From the NCBI GenBank assembly GCA_964631415.1, contig CAZVZC010000031.1, positions 1-26,777 of the forward strand: a stretch of 26,777 nucleotides of DNA. Reading direction: 5' to 3'. Below, in pieces: positions 7,913 to 16,585 of this stretch (the stretch's first letter is position 1; each line of letters opens with the position of its first letter). The notes beneath the pieces were generated by a model. It did no database searches. It saw only the letters and a program-made list of their open reading frames with translations, and had not been told where the DNA came from. A program made the translations under genes and the position numbers. Origin of the DNA: an uncultured archaeon. GTDB taxonomy: Archaea > Asgardarchaeota > Thorarchaeia > Thorarchaeales > Thorarchaeaceae.

Positions 7913-9700
7913 ATGAAGTCTTCAGAGAGCTTTGGGCCTCGCGACCGTGCACAATTCAGGCGAGTCGCAGAGGAGATGCCAATCGCGGTCGTTGAGCTTG
8001 ATACTGAGCTGAAGGTCGTATACGCGAATCAGTACACTCTGAATCTCCTAGGTCTTACACAAGTCGACATTGAGGCTGGAGTCCACGCGGAAGAGCTTGT
8101 CGCACCCGAGCAGGTTGGCATGATTCACGAGGGGTTGAAGCAACTCGCTACGGGTGCAAAGCCGACATCTGTTTCGCTGAGACTGCTGCGACAGAAACAA
8201 ATCCAAGTCCTCACAGAAACCTTTGCTCAGCGGTTGATGTCCGGAGGGAAGTTGACCGGGTTCTTGGTCTATGGTTTTGACTTGTCGCGTCGTGCAGTTG
8301 TGCAAGACAAGATGCGAGATCAGATGGACCTGTTTCAGATGATCATCGAACATGCTTACGCGGGCATATGTGTGATAGATGGCGAGTACCACGTCGAGTA
8401 TGCAAATGACAGACTGTGCGACATAACGGGGCGGACTAGGACCGAGATACTGGGGCATGACTTCAGGGATTTTCTGCACCCGAGCAGTGTGGATATCGTG
8501 TCAGACAGATACAGAAGAAGGCAGAATGGAGAGAGCGTTCCGCCAGTCTATGATATCAAGGTGCTAACCAAGGAAGGCGTGGTCCGCGAGGTAAGACTCA
8601 GCAGCCGCACCATGACGAGCCGCGGTGGTCAGGTCAAGACAGTGGCACAGGCTATCGACATAACAAGCGAGAAGGAAAAGGAGAAGCAACTGCAAGAGAG
8701 CGAACACCGGTATCGTACTCTCGTAGAAACAATGGACTCGGGCTTTGGTGTCGACGACGATAGTGGTACGTTGGTGCTTGTGAATGCTGCTCTATGCAGA
8801 ATGTTGGGCTATGAATCGGTTGATGAGCTGGTCGGCCGACCGTTCTACGAGATTGTGCAGGGTTGGTCGAAGGAAAATGCCGACGAGAAGAGGAAGGCAC
8901 GTCGGGAAGGTCGGTTCGAGCACTATGAGGTAGAGCTCATCCACAAATCCGGCGGTCTTATCCCTGCCATGATATCGGCATCACCATTGTTTGATTCGAC
9001 TGGGAAGTACATTGGCAGCTTTGGCATCTTCACAGATGTGTCAGAGCTGAAGAGTGCGGAAGAGGAGGCACACTTCCTCTTGGACCTCCTGCTCCACGAC
9101 ATTGGAAACCAACTTCAGCTCATTTTGGCAGGAGCAGACCTTCTTGACACGCGACATTCCACTCCGGAGGTTCAGAGCGCAAGGCGTTATGTCACTGAAG
9201 GCGCAAACCGGTGCATCGAGCTGATAACCAAGGTCAGGAGAGCTGAAGAAGCGAAATCGGAGCCCTTGGTCGTCGTGGACTTGATTGATGTCATCATGCC
9301 GGAAATCACGCTGCTCTCAAAGCAGTATCATCTGGAGCCCGAGGTGGGGCCGCTGCCTGACAAACTTTTGATTCAGGCTGACAGTGCTCTCAACCATCTG
9401 CTCTGGAACTTGATGGAGAATGGCGTGAAGCATAACCAGAACGACAACAGACGCCTCTGGATAACAGGTGAGCGCACTGGCGACACCTACGAACTGAGGA
9501 TTGCTGACAATGGTCCTGGCCTGTCTGACTCGATGAAGCGGCAGCTCTTTGACCCCAAACGCCGGTATGGTGGAGTCGGTCTGCACCTTGTTCACAGACT
9601 TGCAGACAAGTATGGAGCTTGGATTGAGGTAAGAGACAGGATTGAAGGCAGCCCTGACCAAGGGCTCGAAGTCCGCATCCGCTTTCTTGTTGCGTCGTGA
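7913..9700 (+). CDS. Soluble sensor histidine kinase with three PAS domains
   Basis: Three PAS repeats (VVYANQ, VEYANDRLCDITG, LVNAALCRMLGY with PAC-like ends). H-box LLHDIGNQL, N-box NLMENGVKH, DNGPGL, GGVGL. No TM or receiver domain. Confidence 0.92.
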   Translation: MKSSESFGPRDRAQFRRVAEEMPIAVVELDTELKVVYANQYTLNLLGLTQVDIEAGVHAEELVAPEQVGMIHEGLKQLATGAKPTSVSLRLLRQKQIQVLTETFAQRLMSGGKLTGFLVYGFDLSRRAVVQDKMRDQMDLFQMIIEHAYAGICVIDGEYHVEYANDRLCDITGRTRTEILGHDFRDFLHPSSVDIVSDRYRRRQNGESVPPVYDIKVLTKEGVVREVRLSSRTMTSRGGQVKTVAQAIDITSEKEKEKQLQESEHRYRTLVETMDSGFGVDDDSGTLVLVNAALCRMLGYESVDELVGRPFYEIVQGWSKENADEKRKARREGRFEHYEVELIHKSGGLIPAMISASPLFDSTGKYIGSFGIFTDVSELKSAEEEAHFLLDLLLHDIGNQLQLILAGADLLDTRHSTPEVQSARRYVTEGANRCIELITKVRRAEEAKSEPLVVVDLIDVIMPEITLLSKQYHLEPEVGPLPDKLLIQADSALNHLLWNLMENGVKHNQNDNRRLWITGERTGDTYELRIADNGPGLSDSMKRQLFDPKRRYGGVGLHLVHRLADKYGAWIEVRDRIEGSPDQGLEVRIRFLVAS

Positions 9701-9730
9701 GTTGCTTCACAATTCGACCAAAAGCAATAT

Positions 9731-11170
9731 GTGGGTTGGTTTGGCTCGAGAACGCAGACGAGGTCTTGTGGATTGCCGACGAGTCCATCCATCTTGATAA
9801 AGAACGGCTACATACTCACTATGAACTCCCAGCGTCAGATCATCCGTGATGGCGCAGTGCTGGTGCAGGAAGGGAAGATAGATCGCGTTGGCGAGATGAG
9901 TGACCTGAAGGACGCCAAGGCCGACACTGTGCTTGATGCTCGAAACATGGTAGTCCTACCCGGGCTCATTGACACTCACGTACATCTCGCTCAGGCTCTC
10001 ATCCGCGGCTGTGCAGATGACGTGTCGCTTCTGGACTGGTTGAAGAACTACGTATGGGTCCTTCAGGGTAACTTCACGAAGGATGATGGCAGGGTTTCAG
10101 CTGAGCTGTGCATGGCCGAGATGATAAAGACGGGTACGACGTCATTCATCGAGTGCATGATTCATACGCGGTACGGCTTCGACGGGATTGCCAAGGCTGT
10201 AGAAAAAGCGGGTATGCGTGCCGCGTTGTCAAAGATAGTGATGGACTCCACAGGCTACGCAGACAGCCCTGGCATAATGTATCCTGGGATGGTTGAGGAC
10301 TCGGAGGACTGCCTCAGAGAAACCGAATCGATGTACGCAAAATGGCATGGCAAGGCCAACGGGCGCATTCAGGTCTGGTATGGTCTCCGCTCACTTGGTG
10401 CGGTGAGTCCCAGCCTCTTCAAGGAAGTGACGAGCAGGGCGAGAGTCCAGAGAACTCGGATGACGATGCATCTCGGTGAGGTAGTTGACGACGTTCGATA
10501 TGTCAGAGAGAAGAAGTACAAGAGCCTGACAGCATTTGCCCGCGAAATGGGGCTGCTCGGTCCTGACATGGTATTTGCGCACGGCGTACACTTCGACGAA
10601 TCAGACCTGATAACGCTGGCAGAAACGCAGACCAATGTTTCGCACTGTCCAGCCAGTAACATGAAGCTCGCTTCGGGGTTTGCGAGAGTACCTGACATGC
10701 TCCGACTCAGGGTGCCGGTTTCTCTGGGGTGCGATGGCGGACCAAGCAACAACACATACGACATGGTCCGGGAGATGCGCCTAGCGGCCCTTGTTCACAA
10801 GCCCGTCGCACAGAGCCCAACGGTTGTTAACGCGGAGCAGGTCCTTGAGATGGCCACGATTGGCGGTGCCGTCGCAATGGGTATTCAAGAGAAGGTCGGG
10901 TCTCTAGAGCCGGGGAAGCTCGCTGATATCATTCTGATTGACATGAGAGATATTGGGCTCACACCGCTTCCGAACCCTGTTTCGAATCTTGTCTACGCAG
11001 GTTCTGGCAGACATGTGGACACAGTGATAGTCAACGGCCGCGTGCTTATGAGAGAAAAGCGCCTGTTGACCCTGAACGAGTCAGAAATCATGAAGGACGC
11101 GAATGGCCGCTTGGCAGCTCTGCTGGAGCGGTCAGGAGTGCATGTGGGCCCCAAGTGGCCTGTCAGCTGA
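9731..11170 (+). CDS. Metal-dependent amidohydrolase, TrzA/AtzA/MtaD/SsnA family (nucleoside or heterocycle deaminase)
   Basis: PGLIDTHVHLAQ, MHLGE, AHGVH, HCPASNMKLASG, LGCDG and GSLEPGKLAD. The true start may be about 14 codons downstream (TTG near 9773). Confidence 0.9.
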   Translation: MGWFGSRTQTRSCGLPTSPSILIKNGYILTMNSQRQIIRDGAVLVQEGKIDRVGEMSDLKDAKADTVLDARNMVVLPGLIDTHVHLAQALIRGCADDVSLLDWLKNYVWVLQGNFTKDDGRVSAELCMAEMIKTGTTSFIECMIHTRYGFDGIAKAVEKAGMRAALSKIVMDSTGYADSPGIMYPGMVEDSEDCLRETESMYAKWHGKANGRIQVWYGLRSLGAVSPSLFKEVTSRARVQRTRMTMHLGEVVDDVRYVREKKYKSLTAFAREMGLLGPDMVFAHGVHFDESDLITLAETQTNVSHCPASNMKLASGFARVPDMLRLRVPVSLGCDGGPSNNTYDMVREMRLAALVHKPVAQSPTVVNAEQVLEMATIGGAVAMGIQEKVGSLEPGKLADIILIDMRDIGLTPLPNPVSNLVYAGSGRHVDTVIVNGRVLMREKRLLTLNESEIMKDANGRLAALLERSGVHVGPKWPVS

Positions 11171-11190
11171 TCTCAACGGAAGTCGATAAC

Positions 11191-12399
11191 CTAACTGATT
11201 ATTGCCTCTCTCTCAAACAGCTTGGCTCCGATAATCAGAAAGACAACAGTGAACCCCAGCATGTAGAGGACATTGAAAAGCAGGCTAGCAGGGGTGGCGA
11301 CACCGGAAAGCACACCATTAAGAAAAACGATTGCGTGACTGAATGGGACCGCCATGACAATGAACCCGAACACGCCTCCATACTGGAGGATGCTGCCCGT
11401 GAATCCAAGCATTCCGATGACCATGGTGGGAAGAAGTAGGACCATATTGTTGATAGACTCAGCGGTGGCCTGGTCCTTTGCGAGGCATGATATGACGACG
11501 CCTATGCCGATTGCGCAGAGTAGGATGAGAAACTGACAGAAGAAGATGAGCGGCAGGGTCGCAACGTTCACCGTGTAGAGACCGATGTAGTAGCTAGCCG
11601 CCTCCGCCGGAAAGGATGACACTCTAGCTATGATTGACCAGTTGTATGTCAGTATGCCGACGATTGTGAAGACCGAATAGAGCATCGTTAGTACAAGCCC
11701 TGCCACGAGCTTTGAGGCGAGAATCTTGATTCTGCTCATAGGGACGACAAGCAGGGCCTCCAGTGTATGTTTCTCCCTCTCTCCCGCGAACGATTGGCTC
11801 ACATACGGAGCCGGCGCGAGGACCGAAGTCAACATGACGAGGAAGATGGCCAGCTGGTGACCATAAGTGGCCTCTGGCGCGATGGTGTACCAGTTGACTT
11901 GGAGGTTTCTTATCACTTTGATCTCATCTATCACTCCTCGAGCGAAGGTGTCAATCCTCTGTGCAGCTGCAGTCGCCCGGAAATTGCCTGTGTTTACATA
12001 TATGACAAGTGTACTCTGATTCTGAGTCAAGAGCTCTTGCGTGAAATTCTCCGGTATCAAGACCCATACTGACAAGGATCTGTTCGCAACGAGATTGTTT
12101 CCGTCTGATTCTGTGACATTTACGAGCGGGTCAATGAGCAGGTTGGTCACATTAGCTTCTATCTCGTCGAAGAGAGTCTGTCCCCAAACCCCTTGGTCTT
12201 CCAACGTAATGTAGACCTTTTCTGATTCCTCAGTGGTCTGGGCCACAATAAAGGAGAGAAATGCTCCTTGGAAGAGCCAAGCGAACATTGGGCTGATTAT
12301 GAAGCCAAAGAGCAACCACTTGGATCTCAGTACTGTCTTGACCTCTTTTTTCAGCATCCAGACAGTCTTCGTATCAATCTTCAAGGGACTTACCACCAA
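11191..12399 (-). CDS. ABC-2 exporter permease (NatB/YhgE-like, large extracellular loop)
   Basis: N-terminal TM, an extracellular loop of about 130 aa, GEREKHTLEALLVVPMSRIKILASKL, then 5 further TMs. Confidence 0.88.
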   Translation of the reverse strand: MVVSPLKIDTKTVWMLKKEVKTVLRSKWLLFGFIISPMFAWLFQGAFLSFIVAQTTEESEKVYITLEDQGVWGQTLFDEIEANVTNLLIDPLVNVTESDGNNLVANRSLSVWVLIPENFTQELLTQNQSTLVIYVNTGNFRATAAAQRIDTFARGVIDEIKVIRNLQVNWYTIAPEATYGHQLAIFLVMLTSVLAPAPYVSQSFAGEREKHTLEALLVVPMSRIKILASKLVAGLVLTMLYSVFTIVGILTYNWSIIARVSSFPAEAASYYIGLYTVNVATLPLIFFCQFLILLCAIGIGVVISCLAKDQATAESINNMVLLLPTMVIGMLGFTGSILQYGGVFGFIVMAVPFSHAIVFLNGVLSGVATPASLLFNVLYMLGFTVVFLIIGAKLFEREAIIS

Positions 12400-12476
12400 A
12401 GTGGGGTTTCAACAGATTTCGGGTGGTAGCGAGCATCGGTATGTCCCGATAACGTTTGCGTTCCCTATCACTCGTC

Positions 12477-13832
12477 CTAGTGCATAAGAGTGAGAATCCT
12501 GTCTGTGACTTTCTCAAACACTTCAGAGGCAGCTCGGCCGATTGGCCCTCTCTTTCGAAGCAGATGCTGGGCAATGCCCTTGTTCTGGGCGAAGCGCAAC
12601 TTCATTTGAGTGAAGTTGGTGGTGAACAGCAGGTCATGTCGTCCGGCTGCCCCTCTCTGCTTTCTCCACTCTGGCCTGCTGATTCTCTTCTGCACCTTGG
12701 AATAGAGACCTGTGCCGAAGATCGGATACGGGAAGGAGTACGACAAGTAATCCAGAGGCAATCGAGACGAGAAATGCAGTGTTTCCAGCAATGAGCTATC
12801 GGTTTCGCCCGGGTAGCCCAAGATGAAGAACCCTCCTGTTTCGATTCCTGCCGATTTGGCCGCGCCCACGGCCGTTTCTGCATCCCTTAGTACTATCTTC
12901 TTGTTCATGATTCTCAGCATACCCTCGCTGCCCGACTCAATTCCAAAGAAGACCCGGACGCACCCCGCCCTCCTCATTCTCTTCGCGAGGGCTGCTCCCA
13001 ACCTGTCTGCACGGCTCAGACACATCCATTCCAGGTCAATCCCCTCGTCTGCAATCAGGTCGCATATCTGCTCTACTCTCTGTGGGTTCTGGGTGAAACA
13101 GTCGTCTGTGAAGAAGACTCGATCATAGCCCAATCGTTTGATCTCTAACATCTCCCCGATTACGTTAGGGGCAGATCGTTCCCTGTAGCTTCTGCCAAAC
13201 ACGGGGTTGCTGCAGAAATCGCACAAGTAAGGGCAGCCACGTGTTGTGATTTGACTCGTGGCAGTGTATCCATGGTATTTCTTCCAGTACTTCATGTAGG
13301 CTCGGTTTGGAAACATATCCCGAGCAGGGAAGGGGATGGCGTCTAGGTCGCTCGCGAACGGGCGGCTCTTGTTCGTGGAAATGCCATGTCCATCATTGAC
13401 GAAGGTGATGCCACCAATGTCGTTCCAAGGCTGGTTGTTCAGGTGGCGCGTGACAAGATCAAGAAAGGTCTGTTCACCCTCGTTGTGAACGACAGCATCA
13501 AAGATGTCCAAGAAGCTCTCTGGAACAAGTGTGGGTAGAGGGCCGCCTGCAACAAGCAGCTCAGCCGTTTCCCTCAGCTCCTTGGCCAAGGCAATCGCGT
13601 GATGGTTGATTGTGACCATGGAGTAGATGCCCACTATGCGAGGGTGCTGGTTCCGAACGGCTGACACCACATTCTCGAAACGTGAGAAGGTGCAGTCGAA
13701 CAGGCTTACAGACACACCTGCCTGTCTGAGAACAGATGCTAGATACCCCAATCCAAGTGGCGGATATCGGAAGATTGAACGGTCTAGTTCCTCATTGAAG
13801 TATGGATAAACAAGGACTACTTCGGTCATCAT
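12477..13832 (-). CDS. B12-binding domain radical SAM protein (class B methyltransferase-like)
   Basis: N-terminal YPPLGLGYLAS, GGPLPT and NEGE B12-binding region. TTRGCPYLCDFC (CxxxCxxC), FTDDCF, FGIESGS and FILGYPGET. Confidence 0.92.
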   Translation of the reverse strand: MMTEVVLVYPYFNEELDRSIFRYPPLGLGYLASVLRQAGVSVSLFDCTFSRFENVVSAVRNQHPRIVGIYSMVTINHHAIALAKELRETAELLVAGGPLPTLVPESFLDIFDAVVHNEGEQTFLDLVTRHLNNQPWNDIGGITFVNDGHGISTNKSRPFASDLDAIPFPARDMFPNRAYMKYWKKYHGYTATSQITTRGCPYLCDFCSNPVFGRSYRERSAPNVIGEMLEIKRLGYDRVFFTDDCFTQNPQRVEQICDLIADEGIDLEWMCLSRADRLGAALAKRMRRAGCVRVFFGIESGSEGMLRIMNKKIVLRDAETAVGAAKSAGIETGGFFILGYPGETDSSLLETLHFSSRLPLDYLSYSFPYPIFGTGLYSKVQKRISRPEWRKQRGAAGRHDLLFTTNFTQMKLRFAQNKGIAQHLLRKRGPIGRAASEVFEKVTDRILTLMH

Positions 13833-13911
13833 CCACCCATCTAGGAATCTGTACTATTCCTTGCGACTCCGGTTCAGTGCAAGACTATTCTGACACATTC
13901 ATTCCCCACAT

Positions 13912-14796
13912 TTATGGGCGGCGGTACGTATGCGCTGTTTCTTGAATCAGTTCTTTCAAGGAACCAAAACGCATCACGTACTGTATGCTCTTCGCTGACG
14001 GGCTCGCACAGAGTATGATGCCGCTCCAAGAGATGTCACTACCAATCGTTTCCCTGCCACGGAATGCAGAGCATGTTTCGGGAATCTCAATACGAAAGCC
14101 GACTCCGTGAGCAGGTGCATAGAGCATAGCCCATGTTGCATTCACCTTAGCCCAAGGTGTGATCTCGTCAGCATGTAGTCTGAGCCCGCTGCTGTCGATG
14201 TAAAGAGTGAAAGCTCGGGCACCGACCTCGTTTGAGATGTATATGCGCTCTAGGCCCTTCCGAACGACGTCTTCGAAGTCCATCGTTACGACTGTCTGTT
14301 TCTTACAAACATCTAGGTCATAGGTCACACGCACCATTCCGCGGCCGCGAATGCGAATGAACCGCTGGACTGGAGGTTCAAGCCCGGGTCTTCGTTCCAT
14401 ACCGAGCTTCTCAGAGGCTTGAACAATGAGTCTTCCAGGACCTGCCTTGTAGAGCCGGTTGAAGATGCGAGGGAAGACCCATGAGAACATCCCGAGATTT
14501 TTCTCATCACGCCTTCCTCTGCGTTCAATCAGGTCAAACTGGAACTGCTTCCACCAGACACCGGTTGTCAGCTCTCCATGCGCAGCGACGGTCGACGAAC
14601 CTGGGAACAGGAAATCTCGAGCATACTGTAGGATGGGAAGTCCGAAACCAACACCCTCCTCACACAGGTCGGCACCACCATCTACTTGGCTAATGATGAG
14701 GCCTTTCTGCACAGGTGAGGACTTTCCATGATAGGGCTGAGTGCCTCTGTAGAGGAAGTACCGTAGGAGCGTGACAGTGCCAGAAGCCCCCGCCAA
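13912..14796 (-). CDS. Hypothetical soluble protein, probably beta-rich
   Basis: 294-aa ORF filling the space between co-oriented genes. TTG start preceded by AGGAGAG. Contains the motif EEGVGFGLPILQY. Confidence 0.75.
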   Translation of the reverse strand: MAGASGTVTLLRYFLYRGTQPYHGKSSPVQKGLIISQVDGGADLCEEGVGFGLPILQYARDFLFPGSSTVAAHGELTTGVWWKQFQFDLIERRGRRDEKNLGMFSWVFPRIFNRLYKAGPGRLIVQASEKLGMERRPGLEPPVQRFIRIRGRGMVRVTYDLDVCKKQTVVTMDFEDVVRKGLERIYISNEVGARAFTLYIDSSGLRLHADEITPWAKVNATWAMLYAPAHGVGFRIEIPETCSAFRGRETIGSDISWSGIILCASPSAKSIQYVMRFGSLKELIQETAHTYRRP

Positions 14797-14894
14797 GCCG
14801 AGTCTCTCCTATGTGACCCCAACACCGAATCGGTACCCACAATGACATGAGGTCCTGCAAACCGGGATTGTTTCGTGCAACACAACTCAACCCC

Positions 14895-15662
14895 CTACTC
14901 CTTGTAGACGCCTTCGCCTGTGACCAGACCCGTGAATACTTCCTCGAGATTCGCTGCCTTGAACTTCATCTCAAGTTCGCTCGGCTTGCCCACTGCGACG
15001 AGCCGACCATTGTTCAGGATTCCCACCCTGTGACACAGCTCTGAAACCTCGTTCAAGTCGTGAGTAGTCAGAATAATGGTCTGCTTTCTCTCAGAACTGA
15101 GTTTCTTGAGGAGATTCCTGACAACCCGTGCGCCAATCGTATCTATGCCTGTCGTGGGCTCATCCAAGAAGACTATCTCCGGCTCGACTATCAGTGCTCT
15201 GGCCACCAACACCTTTCTCTTCATTCCACCGCTGAAACCCTTGACTTGGTAGTCCTGCTTCTCGGTCAGTCCAACGATCTCAAGTAACGAATCGGCGCGC
15301 CGCTGCAGTTCATCGTTTGGAATCCCGTAGAGCCCACCATAGTATACAAGGTTCTCACGGGCAGTCAGCCTCTCGTATGCTCCCGCCTCCTGAGGTAGCA
15401 GTGCCACCCTAGGACGGATGTAGTCGATATTCTCTACGACGTCTTTTCCGAGGACATAGGCCTTGCCAGAGGTTGGGGTCAGCAGTCCGACTAGGACACG
15501 AATCAGGGTGGTCTTTCCTGCACCATTTGGGCCGAGCAGCCCAAAGACCTCCCCTCTGCCAATCTCAACGCTCACATCATCAAGTGCGACAACCTCGCGC
15601 CTTCTGCCCTTCTCGAATATCTTCGTGAGCTGTTCGGTCTTGATGACTATCTCGTCGGACAC
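14895..15662 (-). CDS. ABC transporter ATP-binding protein (ABC-2/NatA/CcmA-like)
   Basis: Walker A GPNGAGKTT, signature FSGGM, Walker B IVFLDEPTTG, H-loop TTH. GTG 15662 follows an AGGAGG RBS and is preferred over ATG 15704. Confidence 0.95.
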   Translation of the reverse strand: MSDEIVIKTEQLTKIFEKGRRREVVALDDVSVEIGRGEVFGLLGPNGAGKTTLIRVLVGLLTPTSGKAYVLGKDVVENIDYIRPRVALLPQEAGAYERLTARENLVYYGGLYGIPNDELQRRADSLLEIVGLTEKQDYQVKGFSGGMKRKVLVARALIVEPEIVFLDEPTTGIDTIGARVVRNLLKKLSSERKQTIILTTHDLNEVSELCHRVGILNNGRLVAVGKPSELEMKFKAANLEEVFTGLVTGEGVYKE

Positions 15663-15700
15663 ACTGAGTCCTCCTAGGAAGGCAATGTCACTACTCCTTA

Positions 15701-16471
15701 TCATGCAACATTCTTAATCTCTGGGAAGGGTGGCTCTCCTTTAATCTTCGACAGCAGAAAATCATGTGCTTCACCAATGCGTGTGTCATCTCCTTCTACG
15801 AAGAGAGTCACTGCCCCCTCGGCACCGTTGACGCCTCCAGCTGCAATCGGCGTTGCGCTCACACCAAACAGGGCATCGAGTGCATCCACCTCCGTGAACG
15901 GAATAGCTTCGGGGACCGCTATGGCACCGACAGGCATACCGATGGCATAATCCCAGTCTGTCATTCCAAACTGGCGGCTGAAAGATTCGTATGGCACCGG
16001 GATACACTTCTCAAGACCAACAGGCATCACAATTGTCACGTTCTTCGCTGCGGCGGCACCCAAGAATGATCCGATTGAGCCGCCAGTCGGACTCGCCAGC
16101 AGTATGACGGGCACTAGGTTGATGTCCAGAGCATTGGCACTCTTGACAATCACGTCGCCCGCCTGAAGCTCTCCGAGCATGTCGACCACCTTCTTACTGC
16201 TGATGTACTGTCCCTTGTGGAAGATCGCATCATATGAACGGGTTTCTCGCATTACGACAGAGGTACCCTTCGGAACAACAACTCCTGCTACATGTTTCGT
16301 CTTGTCGTAGGAACCGAGAATCTCCTCAACAAGGTAAGAGGATGTCGTGCCCAGAGTCACGCAGAGGTAGCCATTCTTCAGTGCGTTGCGGACTGCGTCG
16401 GTGGCCAGAAGGCCTTTTGCGATTAGTCTCTTACCCTCCGCAGGGGTCAGTGTCACAAGGAGCTTCTTCAT
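15701..16471 (-). CDS. Conserved hypothetical alpha/beta protein (possibly NagB/RpiA/CoA-transferase-like fold)
   Basis: Motifs LTPAEGKRLIAKG, GTTSSY, GDVIVKSANALD, GGSIG, PVGLEK, TEVDAL and AAGGVNGAEG look like a conserved uncharacterised family. The fold is inferred. Confidence 0.75.
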   Translation of the reverse strand: MKKLLVTLTPAEGKRLIAKGLLATDAVRNALKNGYLCVTLGTTSSYLVEEILGSYDKTKHVAGVVVPKGTSVVMRETRSYDAIFHKGQYISSKKVVDMLGELQAGDVIVKSANALDINLVPVILLASPTGGSIGSFLGAAAAKNVTIVMPVGLEKCIPVPYESFSRQFGMTDWDYAIGMPVGAIAVPEAIPFTEVDALDALFGVSATPIAAGGVNGAEGAVTLFVEGDDTRIGEAHDFLLSKIKGEPPFPEIKNVA

Positions 16472-16585
16472 AGTTTCTCACTCCGCAGGTCTGACAAGAA
16501 GCATCGGTCACTCTTTGGTCGTTATGTCAGCGACGGTGACCGCCCTTTTAACAATCTCCCTTGATATGACCTGTCCATCTGTGAC

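Noticed and set aside
14809-14811. In-frame TAG five codons upstream of the hypothetical's TTG start (pyrrolysine read-through?)
   Set aside because: The TAG is part of the AGGAG RBS, and nothing supports an N-terminal extension.
14682-14890. Short Cys/His-containing ORFs (66-67 aa) as RiPP precursors for the B12-rSAM
   Set aside because: Both use TTG starts, overlap the 294-aa gene out of frame, and lack leader/core organisation.
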